Shown here piece after piece: positions 1 to 10,298 of a stretch of 64,000 nucleotides of DNA. Numbering within the stretch: position 1 is the first letter of the stretch; every line of letters starts with the position of its first letter. The DNA is taken from positions 277-64,276 of the forward strand of contig JBDRKI010000023.1 of the NCBI GenBank assembly GCA_043814095.1. The letters are read 5' to 3'. Position numbers and translations under genes: made by a program. This stretch comes from Armatimonadota bacterium. Lineage in GTDB: Bacteria; Vulcanimicrobiota; JACPDS01; JBDRKI01. The notes beneath the pieces were generated by a model. That model searched no databases and was not told the DNA's origin. It worked only from the letters and a program-made list of their open reading frames with translations.

Positions 1-47
1 TCACCTCCTTTCACAACATTTATTATAGAGCCATAAAGGACGAAAAA

Positions 48-86
48 TTAACAATTTAGTAACAATTTGTTAACATTTTGTTAATA
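48..86 (+). promoter_or_regulatory. Array of four TTAACA-like hexamers at exact 11-bp spacing (starts 48, 59, 70, 81) upstream of ORF 141-1487; PhoP/OmpR-type direct-repeat box candidate
   Basis: Read directly: TTAACA-atttag-TAACA-atttg-TTAACA-ttttg-TTAATA. TT(A/T/C)ACA direct repeats with 4-6 bp spacers are the B. subtilis PhoP~P consensus, and OmpR-family regulators bind 10-11 bp phased direct repeats. Confidence 0.45.
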
Positions 87-140
87 TGGGTATGTTAAGA
101 TATAAATGAGGTAAAATATACTTTTATAAGGCGGAATGTT

Positions 141-1487
141 TTGGATATAATAAGAAACATAAATAATTCAACATTTGTCTGGGGTCAGAATACAGGCTCT
201 GATGATATTTTTGTGCCTCCGTCAAGGGAAGAATGCAGAAAAACACTTAAGAAGATTAAGAGAGAAAAATATCCTAAAGATGTTCTTCCCCCTCCGGAAA
301 GAAAAGAGGCCGAAGATGCCGCAAGAAAATTGAAAGACCTGCGGATGGAAATTACAACAAAAGTTGCAAGACTTAATAACGGTGTTGTTCTTTTAGTAGA
401 CGCGCGTCCGGAGAATGTAGCGCGGATAATAAACCAGACCAGTCTAAGAAAAGCCATAGTAAATAATAAAGCAGTACTTGATTATTATGCATTTAACGGA
501 AAAAAATATTTAGCCGTTATTCCCAAGAAAATATGGGAAAAAGCGGATTACAGGAAAAACATGGATATATATTATGCCTCAGGCCAGTACCATAAGGATA
601 TAGTATCCGTAGCCCATAAAGTAAATGTCATTGATACCGCATATAATGCTTTATGTTCCCCTATAGATAAAGCATTTAATGAAAGAGCGAGTAAAATACA
701 GAATAAATATATGAGAAGATCGGTAAGTTTAATGTACGGTTTATTCAGAACCTCTGTGCTGATACAGATTTTATCAAAATGCCCGCATGTAGCTTCAATT
801 GCAGGCGGCTTATATATGGCCTCTTTCAGCGCACAGATTATTTTTGATTTCAGAGGATTGGTTGATTTTTTCAAAAATTCTTCCGATGTGGAACTTTATA
901 CAGCTCTTGGATCGCTTCTTGCAATAGGTGTTAATTTTAAAACCATAAGAGGTGCAATGCAGAGCAAAAACGGCGGAAAAAAGATAGTTCTTTCTCAAGA
1001 CGGCACAGTAAAAGAGTATAAGCTTGGCAGTAAAACCGCAGAGCATGTAGCGGCTAAAGATACAGGAGGCAGGATCGGCCAGAAAGCTGATGTGCCGGCA
1101 GAAAAACCGCCTGCTCAGAAATCGCAAACAGGACAATCTACAGAGAGAACAGAGACCAAAATAAATCTTAAAGAATTTACACGTGAAAAGGCTGTAAAAA
1201 AATACGACCAGGCAAGTACACCTGCGGATAAAATTAAAGTTGCGGAAGAAGTATCTAATGGTACCTATCCCAATATTTCGGTTAATTTATATGTACGGAT
1301 TGCGGAAGAACTTTTAAAAACACGGCCCCGAAATTATCATATGCGGCTAACGAAAATTTATAATAACATGGATAAAATGTGCAGAAAAGGTAAAATCAGC
1401 AATAGAGAAAAGCTGGAATTTATGAATTTATTAAAAGCAAATAATCATAAGGTTAATTCAAAAGGCCGGGTCGTAAAAATAAAATAG
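141..1487 (+). CDS. Hypothetical protein (448 aa), TTG start, central hydrophobic segment and Lys-rich C-terminus; no recognisable family
   Basis: Long ORF with coding-like composition, immediately followed by the next ORF; no motif I recognise. Confidence 0.5.
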   Translation: MDIIRNINNSTFVWGQNTGSDDIFVPPSREECRKTLKKIKREKYPKDVLPPPERKEAEDAARKLKDLRMEITTKVARLNNGVVLLVDARPENVARIINQTSLRKAIVNNKAVLDYYAFNGKKYLAVIPKKIWEKADYRKNMDIYYASGQYHKDIVSVAHKVNVIDTAYNALCSPIDKAFNERASKIQNKYMRRSVSLMYGLFRTSVLIQILSKCPHVASIAGGLYMASFSAQIIFDFRGLVDFFKNSSDVELYTALGSLLAIGVNFKTIRGAMQSKNGGKKIVLSQDGTVKEYKLGSKTAEHVAAKDTGGRIGQKADVPAEKPPAQKSQTGQSTERTETKINLKEFTREKAVKKYDQASTPADKIKVAEEVSNGTYPNISVNLYVRIAEELLKTRPRNYHMRLTKIYNNMDKMCRKGKISNREKLEFMNLLKANNHKVNSKGRVVKIK

Positions 1488-1513
1488 ACGGATTGAAATT
1501 TTGTGAGGAGCTT

Positions 1514-2905
1514 ATGAGTTACTCAAATAAAGAAATAATGAACCTGTTCTACGGCGAGATTATCTACGGCGGGACTAAACATAAGGTAGATAAAAATCAG
1601 AATAATAGATTTATCGCCGATAACAGCAGGATTTATACCGCTGTGAAAATGCAGGATAATATCTATAAGATTTATGCCCGTATAGAAAATAGACTTTACT
1701 GCGTAAAAGTAAATGACGCAGATGACAGTATTAAAAAGAAAATCAGTGAAGCTAAGAAAAAAGCATTTAAGAAAACCGTTGTTTCACAAGTCAAACCTAA
1801 ACCCGTAAAAAAAGCGGTAAAGAAGCAGATTCATGACGGATGGGCTGCAAATTTATTTGAAAGCGATATTATACGCGGAAACAGCAAAAATTATACCCGG
1901 AAAGGCGCTAAGTTTCATACCGCTTACGGCAGAGCATATAAAGTCAGTAAAAGGGGTTCGGGATACAGGGTATATATGTATATATGCGCTAACCAGGCGA
2001 TAGGCGATCGCGAATGCAAAAACGGAGAAGTATTTTATTATGATATAACAGATCCCATGGGGGACGTAAAAACTATTTTAGCAGGCAGGAAAACTCAAGA
2101 ATCCTCAAATACTCAAAGCGCCGGATCATCCGCACCTTCGCAGGCCGCACCTTCGCAGACAGAAACAATTACCAACCGGACATCTCCGGCACCGGAGATT
2201 CCGGATGCCACAAAGGGTGTCGCTAATGTAGAACAGCAGACAGTAAAACAGGGAGGCATTACGGTAAACGGTAATTTTAACGACCTTATTATTTATCCCG
2301 AAACCAATGAGGCAGTCGCGAAAGAAACGGTAACCGAAGTAGATCCGGAAACCGGAGAAACTTTTACTGAAGTGCGCGAGGTCCCCGCAGAGCTGGGACC
2401 CGGCGGGTTTTACTATAAAAAAGATGATTATCAGGCAGGAGCAACCCGGGAGGAGACTCCTCTTGCGGTAAGACACCTGGGAGGCGGTGAATATACCGAC
2501 GATTTAAGGTTTACCGGCACACAGGTAAGGATGTTCCGCGAAGAAAGCCCTAATGTGATTAACGAACTTAAAGCCGGATTTGAGATGTCAAAAACACCGG
2601 AAGAAAAGATTTTTTATGAATATAAGGTTTTGCAGAAAGCTTATGCCAGGGGAATATATAAAATATATATGTCGGAAAATACAGTTTTAGAGCTTTATTC
2701 TGAAAACGGCGCCTTAATAGCGGATAAGAATGATGCCTATGACGGGACAACAAAAGAGTCAACGAAATACACCCCGGAGAATACGGGAGATAAATTCTAT
2801 ATTACAAAAGAATTTAAAGATTATGTAATTTATAAGGAAATTAAAGAAAAGATTTATTATTCAGTCAAAGACGGCAGCATAGGGAAAGAATCTTTAAAAA
2901 GTTAA
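1514..2905 (+). CDS. Hypothetical protein (~464 aa) with Lys-rich and Ser/Ala/Pro-rich low-complexity linkers; unknown function
   Basis: ORF 1493-2905. ATG at 1514 is preceded by GAGGAG 5 nt upstream, so it is the preferred start. Begins 27 nt after the upstream gene stop. Confidence 0.5.
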   Translation: MSYSNKEIMNLFYGEIIYGGTKHKVDKNQNNRFIADNSRIYTAVKMQDNIYKIYARIENRLYCVKVNDADDSIKKKISEAKKKAFKKTVVSQVKPKPVKKAVKKQIHDGWAANLFESDIIRGNSKNYTRKGAKFHTAYGRAYKVSKRGSGYRVYMYICANQAIGDRECKNGEVFYYDITDPMGDVKTILAGRKTQESSNTQSAGSSAPSQAAPSQTETITNRTSPAPEIPDATKGVANVEQQTVKQGGITVNGNFNDLIIYPETNEAVAKETVTEVDPETGETFTEVREVPAELGPGGFYYKKDDYQAGATREETPLAVRHLGGGEYTDDLRFTGTQVRMFREESPNVINELKAGFEMSKTPEEKIFYEYKVLQKAYARGIYKIYMSENTVLELYSENGALIADKNDAYDGTTKESTKYTPENTGDKFYITKEFKDYVIYKEIKEKIYYSVKDGSIGKESLKS

Positions 2906-2929
2906 CATTTTGTTAACATTTTGTTAACA
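2902..2929 (+). promoter_or_regulatory. Three TTAACA hexamers at 11-bp spacing (2902, 2913, 2924) followed by an extended -10 (TGTTATAAT, 2947-2955)
   Basis: GTTAACAttttGTTAACAttttGTTAACA overlaps the stop codon of the upstream gene; a TGnTATAAT -10 lies 20 bp downstream. Confidence 0.45.
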
Positions 2930-2999
2930 ACTTTGAAAAGAAGGTATGTTATAATATAATAAAGAAAAAGAATATGTTTTTTAAAGACAGGAGATATAT

Positions 3000-3194
3000 A
3001 TGACAATGCATCTGAATTCAGGAGTTGAGAAAGTCGATAAAAATCTGCTTAAAAAATCATGGGCGGGGATTTTAAGAGAAGACAGTACAGGCAAGCTGGG
3101 CGAGAATATTCTCCGTTCAGGTTCTGAATCAGACCCGCAGATGGTATTAAGCAAGGCGGCTGAGCTGTTTTTTAATAAGACAGAACAGGCATAA
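3000..3194 (+). CDS. Small hypothetical protein (64 aa) driven by the TTAACA-array promoter
   Basis: AGGAG RBS 6 nt upstream of ATG; intrinsic terminator directly downstream (3223-3259). Confidence 0.45.
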   Translation: MTMHLNSGVEKVDKNLLKKSWAGILREDSTGKLGENILRSGSESDPQMVLSKAAELFFNKTEQA

Positions 3195-3222
3195 ATTATA
3201 CCTTATAATAAGGATATAATAT

Positions 3223-3259
3223 AAGCAGCCTTAAGAACAGGCTGCTTCTTTATTTTCTT
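3223..3259 (+). terminator. Rho-independent terminator
   Basis: AAGCAGCC-loop-GGCTGCTT stem followed by a T-rich run. Confidence 0.6.
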
Positions 3260-3313
3260 GACATCCTAACTTTTTGTGTTATAATCTTTATATTATTGTA
3301 CCTTGAATAATAT

Positions 3314-3594
<281 letters not shown>

Positions 3595-3597
3595 AGC

Positions 3598-3626
3598 ATA
3601 AAAATCCCGTTTTACGGGATTTTTTT
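3598..3626. terminator. Bidirectional intrinsic terminator between the tRNA and the macro-domain gene
   Basis: AAAAATCCCGTtttACGGGATTTTTTT. Confidence 0.6.
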
Positions 3627-4139
3627 AGTTAAGATACTTTCGAATTCTCTCTGGTATGCTTTATAATCATTTTCACCGAAAAGCACCAGATAAACATCTT
3701 TTATAATATCACTATTGTAATTTTCAAGCGTTTTTTTAACTATTCCGGCCGATATTTCTATAGGTACCATATATACACCGGTGCTTATCGCAGGGAAGGC
3801 GATAGATTTACAGTTATTTTTTTCCGCTTCTTTAATGCAGTTCTTATAGCAGTCCGCCAGAAGTCCTATATCATCTCTATTATATACAGGCCCGACGGTA
3901 TGTATTACGTGTTTTGCTTTTAAGTTATATCCCTTTGTTGTGACAGCCTGGCCTGTGGGAAGACCGTTAGGGTAGGTTGTTTTTCTTATAGTGCGGCATT
4001 CTTCAAGCAGTTCATTTCCTGCGGCTCTATGTATGGCTCCGTCAACTCCGCCTCCGCCAAGAAGTGATGAATTCGCGGCATTTACTATAGCATCTACTTC
4101 TAACCCTGTTATATCACCCCGTATAATCTTTATATTCAT
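3612..4139 (-). CDS. Macro domain protein (O-acetyl-ADP-ribose deacetylase, YmdB-like)
   Basis: IRGDITxxxVDAIVNAAN...GGGVDGAIHRAAG...HTVGP motifs. Confidence 0.85.
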   Translation of the reverse strand: MNIKIIRGDITGLEVDAIVNAANSSLLGGGGVDGAIHRAAGNELLEECRTIRKTTYPNGLPTGQAVTTKGYNLKAKHVIHTVGPVYNRDDIGLLADCYKNCIKEAEKNNCKSIAFPAISTGVYMVPIEISAGIVKKTLENYNSDIIKDVYLVLFGENDYKAYQREFESILTKKIP

Positions 4140-4293
4140 ACCATACCTCCATTGCCGTATTATATTAATATATAATTTATTTAAGTAAAAATAATTAAAA
4201 ATCCTTGTTTTTGCAAAAAAAGGAACTTTTTAATAAAGATATAATTTAATGAGTCTATGCGAAAACATACAATTATTCGGAGGTTTTAAGGCT

Positions 4294-5937
4294 ATGAACT
4301 TCAAAGAAAAGATAAAGCATATGCTTGATGCCCATACCGGCATTAAGGCTAACATACCGAGAAAGTCCATAATTCAGGAGGCTGTTGATAATAAAGAAGC
4401 TATGGTAAGCGCCAACGGCGCTCTTGCCGTATGGACCCCGCCTGAATCAACAGGCAGGAGTCCCCAGGATACAATGATTGTAAGGCGTCCCGAGAGCGAA
4501 GCAAATATTGACTGGACCTCCCCTAATAACACACCAATGGATCCCGAGACTTTCCAGATGATATTTGATGATGCGGTAAAGACGCTTGGATCAAAAGAAA
4601 AACTTTATTATACCGACAGGGTGCTCGGAGCTGATTCTACCTATGCCCTGCCTGTCAGGACAATTTCCAATCGGGCGCTCCCCATGCTTTTTACCGATAA
4701 TATGTTCAGGCCGGTTCCCGAAGATATTAATAAAAGTACTCTTTTGAAATACAGTTTTACTATTCTTGTTCTGCCTTATGATAAACTGGATAGAAAAAAA
4801 TATGAAGGAAGGTTAAGAAAACTTCCCAGCGGCAATACAAGCAATATGGTTATAGTCATGGATATTGATAACTGCATAGGCATAGTTTACGGCTCCGCTT
4901 ACTGCGGGAGTGTTAAAAAACTTATGTTTTCAGTCATGAACTATATACTGCCGCAGGAAGGCATACTTCCTCTGCATTGTTCCGCTAATGAAGACAAAAA
5001 CGGATCCATGGCTCTGTTTCTTGGTCTTTCAGGGACAGGAAAAACCACTCTTTCGGCAGATCCCGGCAGGGCTCTTCTCGGTGATGATGAGCATATGTGG
5101 AGCGAGAAGGGTATTGCTAATTTTGAGAACGGATGCTACGCAAAACTTATAAACTTAAATCCGGAGAAAGAGCCTGAAATCCATAAAGCGTGTTTCCATA
5201 AAGCGGATTATCTTGATCACGGCGCTATAATAGAAAATGCCATGATTTATCCCGATGGAAAGTTTGATCTTGATGACGAGAGGTTTACTCCTAACTCGCG
5301 CGGGTCTTACCCGCTTTGTTTCCTTACGAATATTAATGAGTCTTCAGTCGGCGATCATCCAAAATATATAATTTTCCTGACAGCTGATGCTAACGGAGTT
5401 CTTCCTCCTGTTGCTAAGCTTACCACAGATCAGGCGAAACTGTGGTTTTTAATGGGCTATACCAGTAAGCTGGCAGGGACAGAGACGGGCGTTATAGAGC
5501 CGTCGTCGACTTTCTCAAGATTTTTCGGCTCGCCTTTTATGCCGAGAAACCCCGGCGATTACATCAAACTGCTTGAAGAGAAAATGAATAAATACAAAAC
5601 AAGCGTGTATCTTGTTAATACAGGATGGTCAGGAGGCCCGTACGGAGTAGGCAAGCGCATGGATATTAATTTAACAAGACAGGTTTTAGACGCTATTCTG
5701 GAAGGCAAGCTTGATAATGTAGAATATACCGAAGACAGTCTTTTCCATATCATGGTCCCGAAAAGCTGTGACGGCGTGCCGCCGGAAATATTAAATCCGC
5801 AGAATACCTGGACAGATAAAGGCGCCTATACGGAAAGAGCGGAGAAACTGTCCGATGAATTCAAAAAAAGTTTTGATAAATCCTACGGCAGTAAAAATAT
5901 AGATAAAAAAGTTGCGGCACAATGCCCGGGATGCTAG
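4294..5937 (+). CDS. pckA: Phosphoenolpyruvate carboxykinase (ATP)
   Basis: GLSGTGKTTLS P-loop and overall PEPCK-ATP similarity; GGAGG RBS before the ATG at 4294. Confidence 0.9.
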   Translation: MNFKEKIKHMLDAHTGIKANIPRKSIIQEAVDNKEAMVSANGALAVWTPPESTGRSPQDTMIVRRPESEANIDWTSPNNTPMDPETFQMIFDDAVKTLGSKEKLYYTDRVLGADSTYALPVRTISNRALPMLFTDNMFRPVPEDINKSTLLKYSFTILVLPYDKLDRKKYEGRLRKLPSGNTSNMVIVMDIDNCIGIVYGSAYCGSVKKLMFSVMNYILPQEGILPLHCSANEDKNGSMALFLGLSGTGKTTLSADPGRALLGDDEHMWSEKGIANFENGCYAKLINLNPEKEPEIHKACFHKADYLDHGAIIENAMIYPDGKFDLDDERFTPNSRGSYPLCFLTNINESSVGDHPKYIIFLTADANGVLPPVAKLTTDQAKLWFLMGYTSKLAGTETGVIEPSSTFSRFFGSPFMPRNPGDYIKLLEEKMNKYKTSVYLVNTGWSGGPYGVGKRMDINLTRQVLDAILEGKLDNVEYTEDSLFHIMVPKSCDGVPPEILNPQNTWTDKGAYTERAEKLSDEFKKSFDKSYGSKNIDKKVAAQCPGC

Positions 5938-5946
5938 GAGGCGTTT

Positions 5947-7203
5947 ATGAAGCATAATATTCTTGCCATGATTATGGCCGGCGGAAAAGGCTCAAGACTT
6001 TATCCTTTAACCATGACAAGGGCCAAACCCGCGGTGCCTTTCGGCGGCAAATACAGGATCATAGATTTTACCCTGAGCAATTTTATAAATTCCGGTATTT
6101 ACTCAATATATGTTTTAACCCAGTTTAAATCGCAATCCCTGACTACACATATAAGGGACGGGTGGACATTCGGGTCGGGGCTTGTAAAAGATCATTTTAT
6201 AACGACAGTGCCGGCCCAGATGAGGATAGGGGAGAGCTGGTATAAAGGGACGGCTGATTCAATATTCCAGAACCTGTCTTTTATAGAAGCGCGCCGGCCT
6301 GATGTAGTTGCCGTTTTCGGGGCAGACCACATTTACCGCATGGATATAAGACAGATGATTAATTATCATAAAGACGCTAAATCCCATATAACAATAGCGG
6401 CTTTGCCGGTTCCTGTCGAACAAGCGACTGAATTCGGGGTTATACAGGTTGATAAAAACTGGCGTGTTATAGGTTTCCAGGAAAAACCAAAAAATCCCAA
6501 GCCGATACCGGGAAGGCCCGATACTGCCCTTATTTCCATGGGGAACTATATTTTTGATACGGATATTTTACTTAATGAGGTTGCAAAAGACGCCGAGATG
6601 GATACAGAGCATGATTTCGGCAGATCAATACTGCCTAAGGTATATAAAAAGTTAAAAGTACATGTATATAATTTCCAGAATAACCGAATCCCCAGAGTAA
6701 TAAAAAGCGAAAGAAATGATTACTGGAGGGATGTAGGCTCGCTCCAGGCATATTATGACGCCCATATGGAGCTTTTAGGGTCGCATCCGCACTTTGATTT
6801 ATATAATTATTACTGGCCCATAAGAACCGTAAGCTACAGCACCCCGCCTTCCAAGATTGTTATGCGCGATAGCGCAAATGATTCGGTTGAGAATTCAATC
6901 ATATCCGAGGGCTGTATTATAAACGGGGGGAGGATTGTAAATTCGGTTCTGGGCAGGAATGTTGTAATAGAAAAGGGCGCGGTTGTGGAGAATTCAATAT
7001 TACTGAATAATGTTAACATAGGTAAAAACGCGCAGGTAAAAAAAGTTATAATTGACAAAAAAGTAAGGGTGAAAACAGGCGAAAAAATAGGGTATGATCT
7101 TGAAAAAGACGCCAGGAAATATTTTGTAAGCGAAACGGGGATTGTCGCGATACCGGAAGCGGAAGGCATACCGCCTTTATGCAGGTATACCTTCGGTTCA
7201 TAA
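5947..7203 (+). CDS. glgC: Glucose-1-phosphate adenylyltransferase
   Basis: MIMAGGKGSRLYPLT...KPAVPFGG(K)YRIIDF N-terminal signature. Confidence 0.85.
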   Translation: MKHNILAMIMAGGKGSRLYPLTMTRAKPAVPFGGKYRIIDFTLSNFINSGIYSIYVLTQFKSQSLTTHIRDGWTFGSGLVKDHFITTVPAQMRIGESWYKGTADSIFQNLSFIEARRPDVVAVFGADHIYRMDIRQMINYHKDAKSHITIAALPVPVEQATEFGVIQVDKNWRVIGFQEKPKNPKPIPGRPDTALISMGNYIFDTDILLNEVAKDAEMDTEHDFGRSILPKVYKKLKVHVYNFQNNRIPRVIKSERNDYWRDVGSLQAYYDAHMELLGSHPHFDLYNYYWPIRTVSYSTPPSKIVMRDSANDSVENSIISEGCIINGGRIVNSVLGRNVVIEKGAVVENSILLNNVNIGKNAQVKKVIIDKKVRVKTGEKIGYDLEKDARKYFVSETGIVAIPEAEGIPPLCRYTFGS

Positions 7204-7217
7204 CCGCGGAGTTTTTT

Positions 7218-7994
7218 ATGCGTGATGTGCAGAGCGAAAAATCTAAAATAAATATAGCGCTGGATAAAGTCGGGGTAAAGGATTTAAGTTATCCCATTAT
7301 TGTTCTTGACAGGAAGAATAAAATCCAGCACACGGTCGGCAGGATAGATCTTTATGTAAACCTGCCCGATAAGTTCAGGGCCACCCATATGAGCAGGTTT
7401 GTTGAGGTATTAAACCAGCATCACGGCAATATTCATATTGATAAATTCCCTGAGATATTAAAAAAACTCAAGAAGGTTTTAAAAGCGAAAGAAGCGCATG
7501 TTAACGTAGAATTCCCTTATTTTATTGAGAAGCAGGCTCCTGTATCAAAAGCTAAAAGTTTAATGGAGTATAAGTGTGTTTTTATAGGGGGAAGCAGTCT
7601 TAAAGACGACTATATTATAGCAGTTAAAGTGCCGGTTAACGCTTTATGCCCCTGCGGGAAGCAGATGTGCGGCCATTCGCATAACCAGAGAGGGCTTGTA
7701 ACTCTTCAGGTCAGGTTTAAAAAGTTTATATGGATCGAAGACCTTATTAAGCTTGTGGAAGAGAGCGCAAGCAGTGAAGTTTTCTCCCTATTAAAGAGAG
7801 AGGATGAGAAAGCAGTTATAGAGAAAGCCTATAAAAACGCGCGTTTCGTGGAAGATATCGCAAGGGAAGCTGCATGGAAGCTTGAGAAAGATCCCAACAT
7901 TGTCTGGTATTGTGTTGAATCGGAAAACTATGAAAGCATCCATAACCATAACGCTTACGCGCAGGTTTCCAAACATAAGAGAAGAAAAAAATGA
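7218..7994 (+). CDS. folE2: GTP cyclohydrolase FolE2/MptA family
   Basis: NLPDKFRATHMSRF motif typical of COG1469; start taken at the internal ATG. Confidence 0.65.
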   Translation: MRDVQSEKSKINIALDKVGVKDLSYPIIVLDRKNKIQHTVGRIDLYVNLPDKFRATHMSRFVEVLNQHHGNIHIDKFPEILKKLKKVLKAKEAHVNVEFPYFIEKQAPVSKAKSLMEYKCVFIGGSSLKDDYIIAVKVPVNALCPCGKQMCGHSHNQRGLVTLQVRFKKFIWIEDLIKLVEESASSEVFSLLKREDEKAVIEKAYKNARFVEDIAREAAWKLEKDPNIVWYCVESENYESIHNHNAYAQVSKHKRRKK

Positions 7995-8063
7995 TCTGTG
8001 GTATAATTTGGGGGTAGATTATATAAACGCCCTGTAAGGCGTAATTTTGTAAGGAGGATAAAT

Positions 8064-9527
8064 ATGCAGGAAACATTATTAAAATTAAAGCCGGAGCTTC
8101 TCTGGAAGCATTTTTTTGAAATTTCCAAGATTCCGCACGGCTCGGGAGACGAGAAAGCGATAGGCGACTACATAATAAAAGTTGCCAAAGAAAACAACCT
8201 GAAATACAAACAGGATTCCGTGGGCAATGTCGTTGTATTTAAACAGGGAACACCGGGCATGGAGAACGCGAAGCCCGTGGTTATACAGAGCCATCTTGAT
8301 ATGGTATGCGAGAAAAATAAAGATATAGAACACGATTTTACGAAAGATCCTTTAAAGCTGGAACTTAAGGGCAACCTCTTAAAAGCAAAAGGGACAACAT
8401 TAGGGGCTGATAACGGCGTGGGTGTAGCCACAGAGCTTGCTTTAATGGAAGACAAAACAATAAAGCACGGCCCCATAGAACTTCTTTTTACGATTGATGA
8501 GGAAAGGGGTCTTACCGGAGCTCAGAACATCCCCAAAGATTTTATAACCGGTAAAGTAATGCTTAACCTTGATTCCGAACAGCTCGGCGTTTACTGTATA
8601 GGATGTGCCGGCGGTCAGGATACGGTAGGCAGTACCAAGTTAAGCTTTACAAAAACAAACATTGAAAATCCGGTGCTTATCTATCTGGATGTAAAAGGGC
8701 TTTCAGGCGGTCATTCGGGTCTTGATATTGATAAAGGAAGAGCTAACGCTATTAAGCTTCTGGGTAGAATATTATTTAAGCTTAATAACTCAATGAAGCT
8801 TGATCTGGCCTCGGTTGAAGGCGGTTCCCGCAGAAATGTTATCCCGAGGGAAGCATCGGCTCATGTGGTTGTTTCCAAAAAAGATGTTGATGCCCTGGCT
8901 GAAACAGTGAAAAACACGGAAAACGACATGAAATTTGAATACAAAAATACCGATTCCCAGTTAAAAGTAATATGCACGATCTTAAAGGACGAGCCTTCCA
9001 AGGTTATAGTCAATGACCAGAAAAATAAGGTAATAAATCTTCTGAACTCGTTTATTCACGGTCCGCTTGAGATGAGCAAGGATATACCCGGTCTTGTTGA
9101 GACTTCCACGAATCTGGCCGTTGTAAGAATGAATCAGGACTCAATGGAAATTGAAACAAGCCAGAGAAGTTTTATAGAATCGGCGAAGATCGCGGCAGCA
9201 GAAAGCGTTAAAGCCGCGTTTAACCTTGCCCAGTTCCAGACGAATATGGGGAGCGGGTATCCGGGCTGGACTCCGAACGCGAAATCAAGACTTGTTGATA
9301 TATGCAAAGAGCTTAATAGAAAGCACCTGAAAGCGGATTACATTATAGAAGCGGTGCATGCCGGTCTTGAGTGCGGCATAATAGGCGAGAAGTTTCCGGG
9401 GATGGATATGATATCCATCGGCGCGACATTCAGAAACGTGCATTCGCCGGATGAAGAGCTTGAAGTTGATTCGGTAGAGCCTTTCTGGAATCTGCTTATT
9501 GACCTTATTATTGAATCGGGAAAATAA
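8064..9527 (+). CDS. pepD: Aminoacyl-histidine (Xaa-His) dipeptidase, peptidase M20C
   Basis: Conserved N-terminus LKPELLWKHFFEISKIPHGSGDEK and M20 metal-binding blocks. Confidence 0.8.
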   Translation: MQETLLKLKPELLWKHFFEISKIPHGSGDEKAIGDYIIKVAKENNLKYKQDSVGNVVVFKQGTPGMENAKPVVIQSHLDMVCEKNKDIEHDFTKDPLKLELKGNLLKAKGTTLGADNGVGVATELALMEDKTIKHGPIELLFTIDEERGLTGAQNIPKDFITGKVMLNLDSEQLGVYCIGCAGGQDTVGSTKLSFTKTNIENPVLIYLDVKGLSGGHSGLDIDKGRANAIKLLGRILFKLNNSMKLDLASVEGGSRRNVIPREASAHVVVSKKDVDALAETVKNTENDMKFEYKNTDSQLKVICTILKDEPSKVIVNDQKNKVINLLNSFIHGPLEMSKDIPGLVETSTNLAVVRMNQDSMEIETSQRSFIESAKIAAAESVKAAFNLAQFQTNMGSGYPGWTPNAKSRLVDICKELNRKHLKADYIIEAVHAGLECGIIGEKFPGMDMISIGATFRNVHSPDEELEVDSVEPFWNLLIDLIIESGK

Positions 9528-9545
9528 ATAAACAGGAATTAAACA

Positions 9546-9572
9546 AAAAGGGCGGTAAATCCGCCCTTTTTA
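9546..9572 (+). terminator. Rho-independent terminator after pepD
   Basis: AAAGGGCGGtaaatCCGCCCTTTTT. Confidence 0.65.
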
Positions 9573-9592
9573 ATAAACAAGAGGTGTCTAAA

Positions 9593-10114
9593 GTGAGATT
9601 AGGAGTTATAAGCGACAGCCATAAGAATTTAGAATATGTAAATCAAGTTCTGGGTATATTTAAAAAAGAAAAAATAGATTGTGTTATACACCTGGGAGAT
9701 GATTATAGTGATATTTATAATATAGAATGGGCTGAGTTTGTAAAAGTACCCGGCGTATATGATCCGGAATATACAGATAGAAGCATAGAGCACAGGAAGG
9801 TTTTAGATTTTAACGGCATAAAAATTCTGCTTACGCATGTGCCGGAAAACCATAAAAATGATTTCCCGGAAGATATAGAACCCCGTATTCAAGCGGATAT
9901 AGAGAAAGTGCGTCTGGTTTTACACGGCCATACCCATAACCCCTCTATATCCGAAAAAAACGGCATTATATGGCTGAATCCGGGGCATATAAAAGAGGAG
10001 ACATCGCGCGGATGTGCGCCTTCTTACGCTTTTGTGGATATAGAAAACGGCAGTATAGATATCCGCATTGCTGAACTGTGTACAGGTAAGGAAATATTTG
10101 CATTAAAAAGATAA
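9593..10114 (+). CDS. Metallophosphoesterase (YfcE/MJ0936 family)
   Basis: GVISDSH...HLGD...HGHTH phosphoesterase motifs; GTG start with GAGG RBS (alternative GTG at 9584). Confidence 0.7.
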   Translation: MRLGVISDSHKNLEYVNQVLGIFKKEKIDCVIHLGDDYSDIYNIEWAEFVKVPGVYDPEYTDRSIEHRKVLDFNGIKILLTHVPENHKNDFPEDIEPRIQADIEKVRLVLHGHTHNPSISEKNGIIWLNPGHIKEETSRGCAPSYAFVDIENGSIDIRIAELCTGKEIFALKR

Positions 10115-10122
10115 ATTATTAC

Positions 10123-10198
10123 GCGCCCGTAGCTCAACGGATAGAGCGCCGGCCTCCGGAGCCGTAGGTTGGAGGTTCAAATCCTCTCGGGCGCACCA
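10123..10198 (+). tRNA. tRNA-Arg (anticodon CCG)
   Basis: 76-nt cloverleaf: acceptor GCGCCCG/CGGGCGC, anticodon loop CTCCGGA, TTCAAAT T-loop, 3' ACCA. Confidence 0.85.
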
Positions 10199-10298
10199 TA
10201 TTTTTTAAAGGACAAATTGCGCAGGAAAAGAAAGATGAAACATATATAAATAAGGCAACATATTTATAAACAAAACAAATAATTTTAAGGATGAAAAT

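Noticed and set aside
185-2476. Antisense or overlapping small ORFs in the track (for example 185-457 -, 572-874 -, 810-1136 -, 2126-2476 -), and similar ones throughout such as 6834-7169 -, 16318-16866 + and 20436-21029 +
   Set aside because: They are embedded opposite long, well-supported CDSs, lack RBSs, and have low-complexity translations typical of spurious reverse-frame ORFs.
3000-3194. Considered an FlgM anti-sigma-28 identity for the 64-aa protein
   Set aside because: The C-terminus does not show the FlgM sigma-binding helix pattern; kept as a hypothetical small protein.
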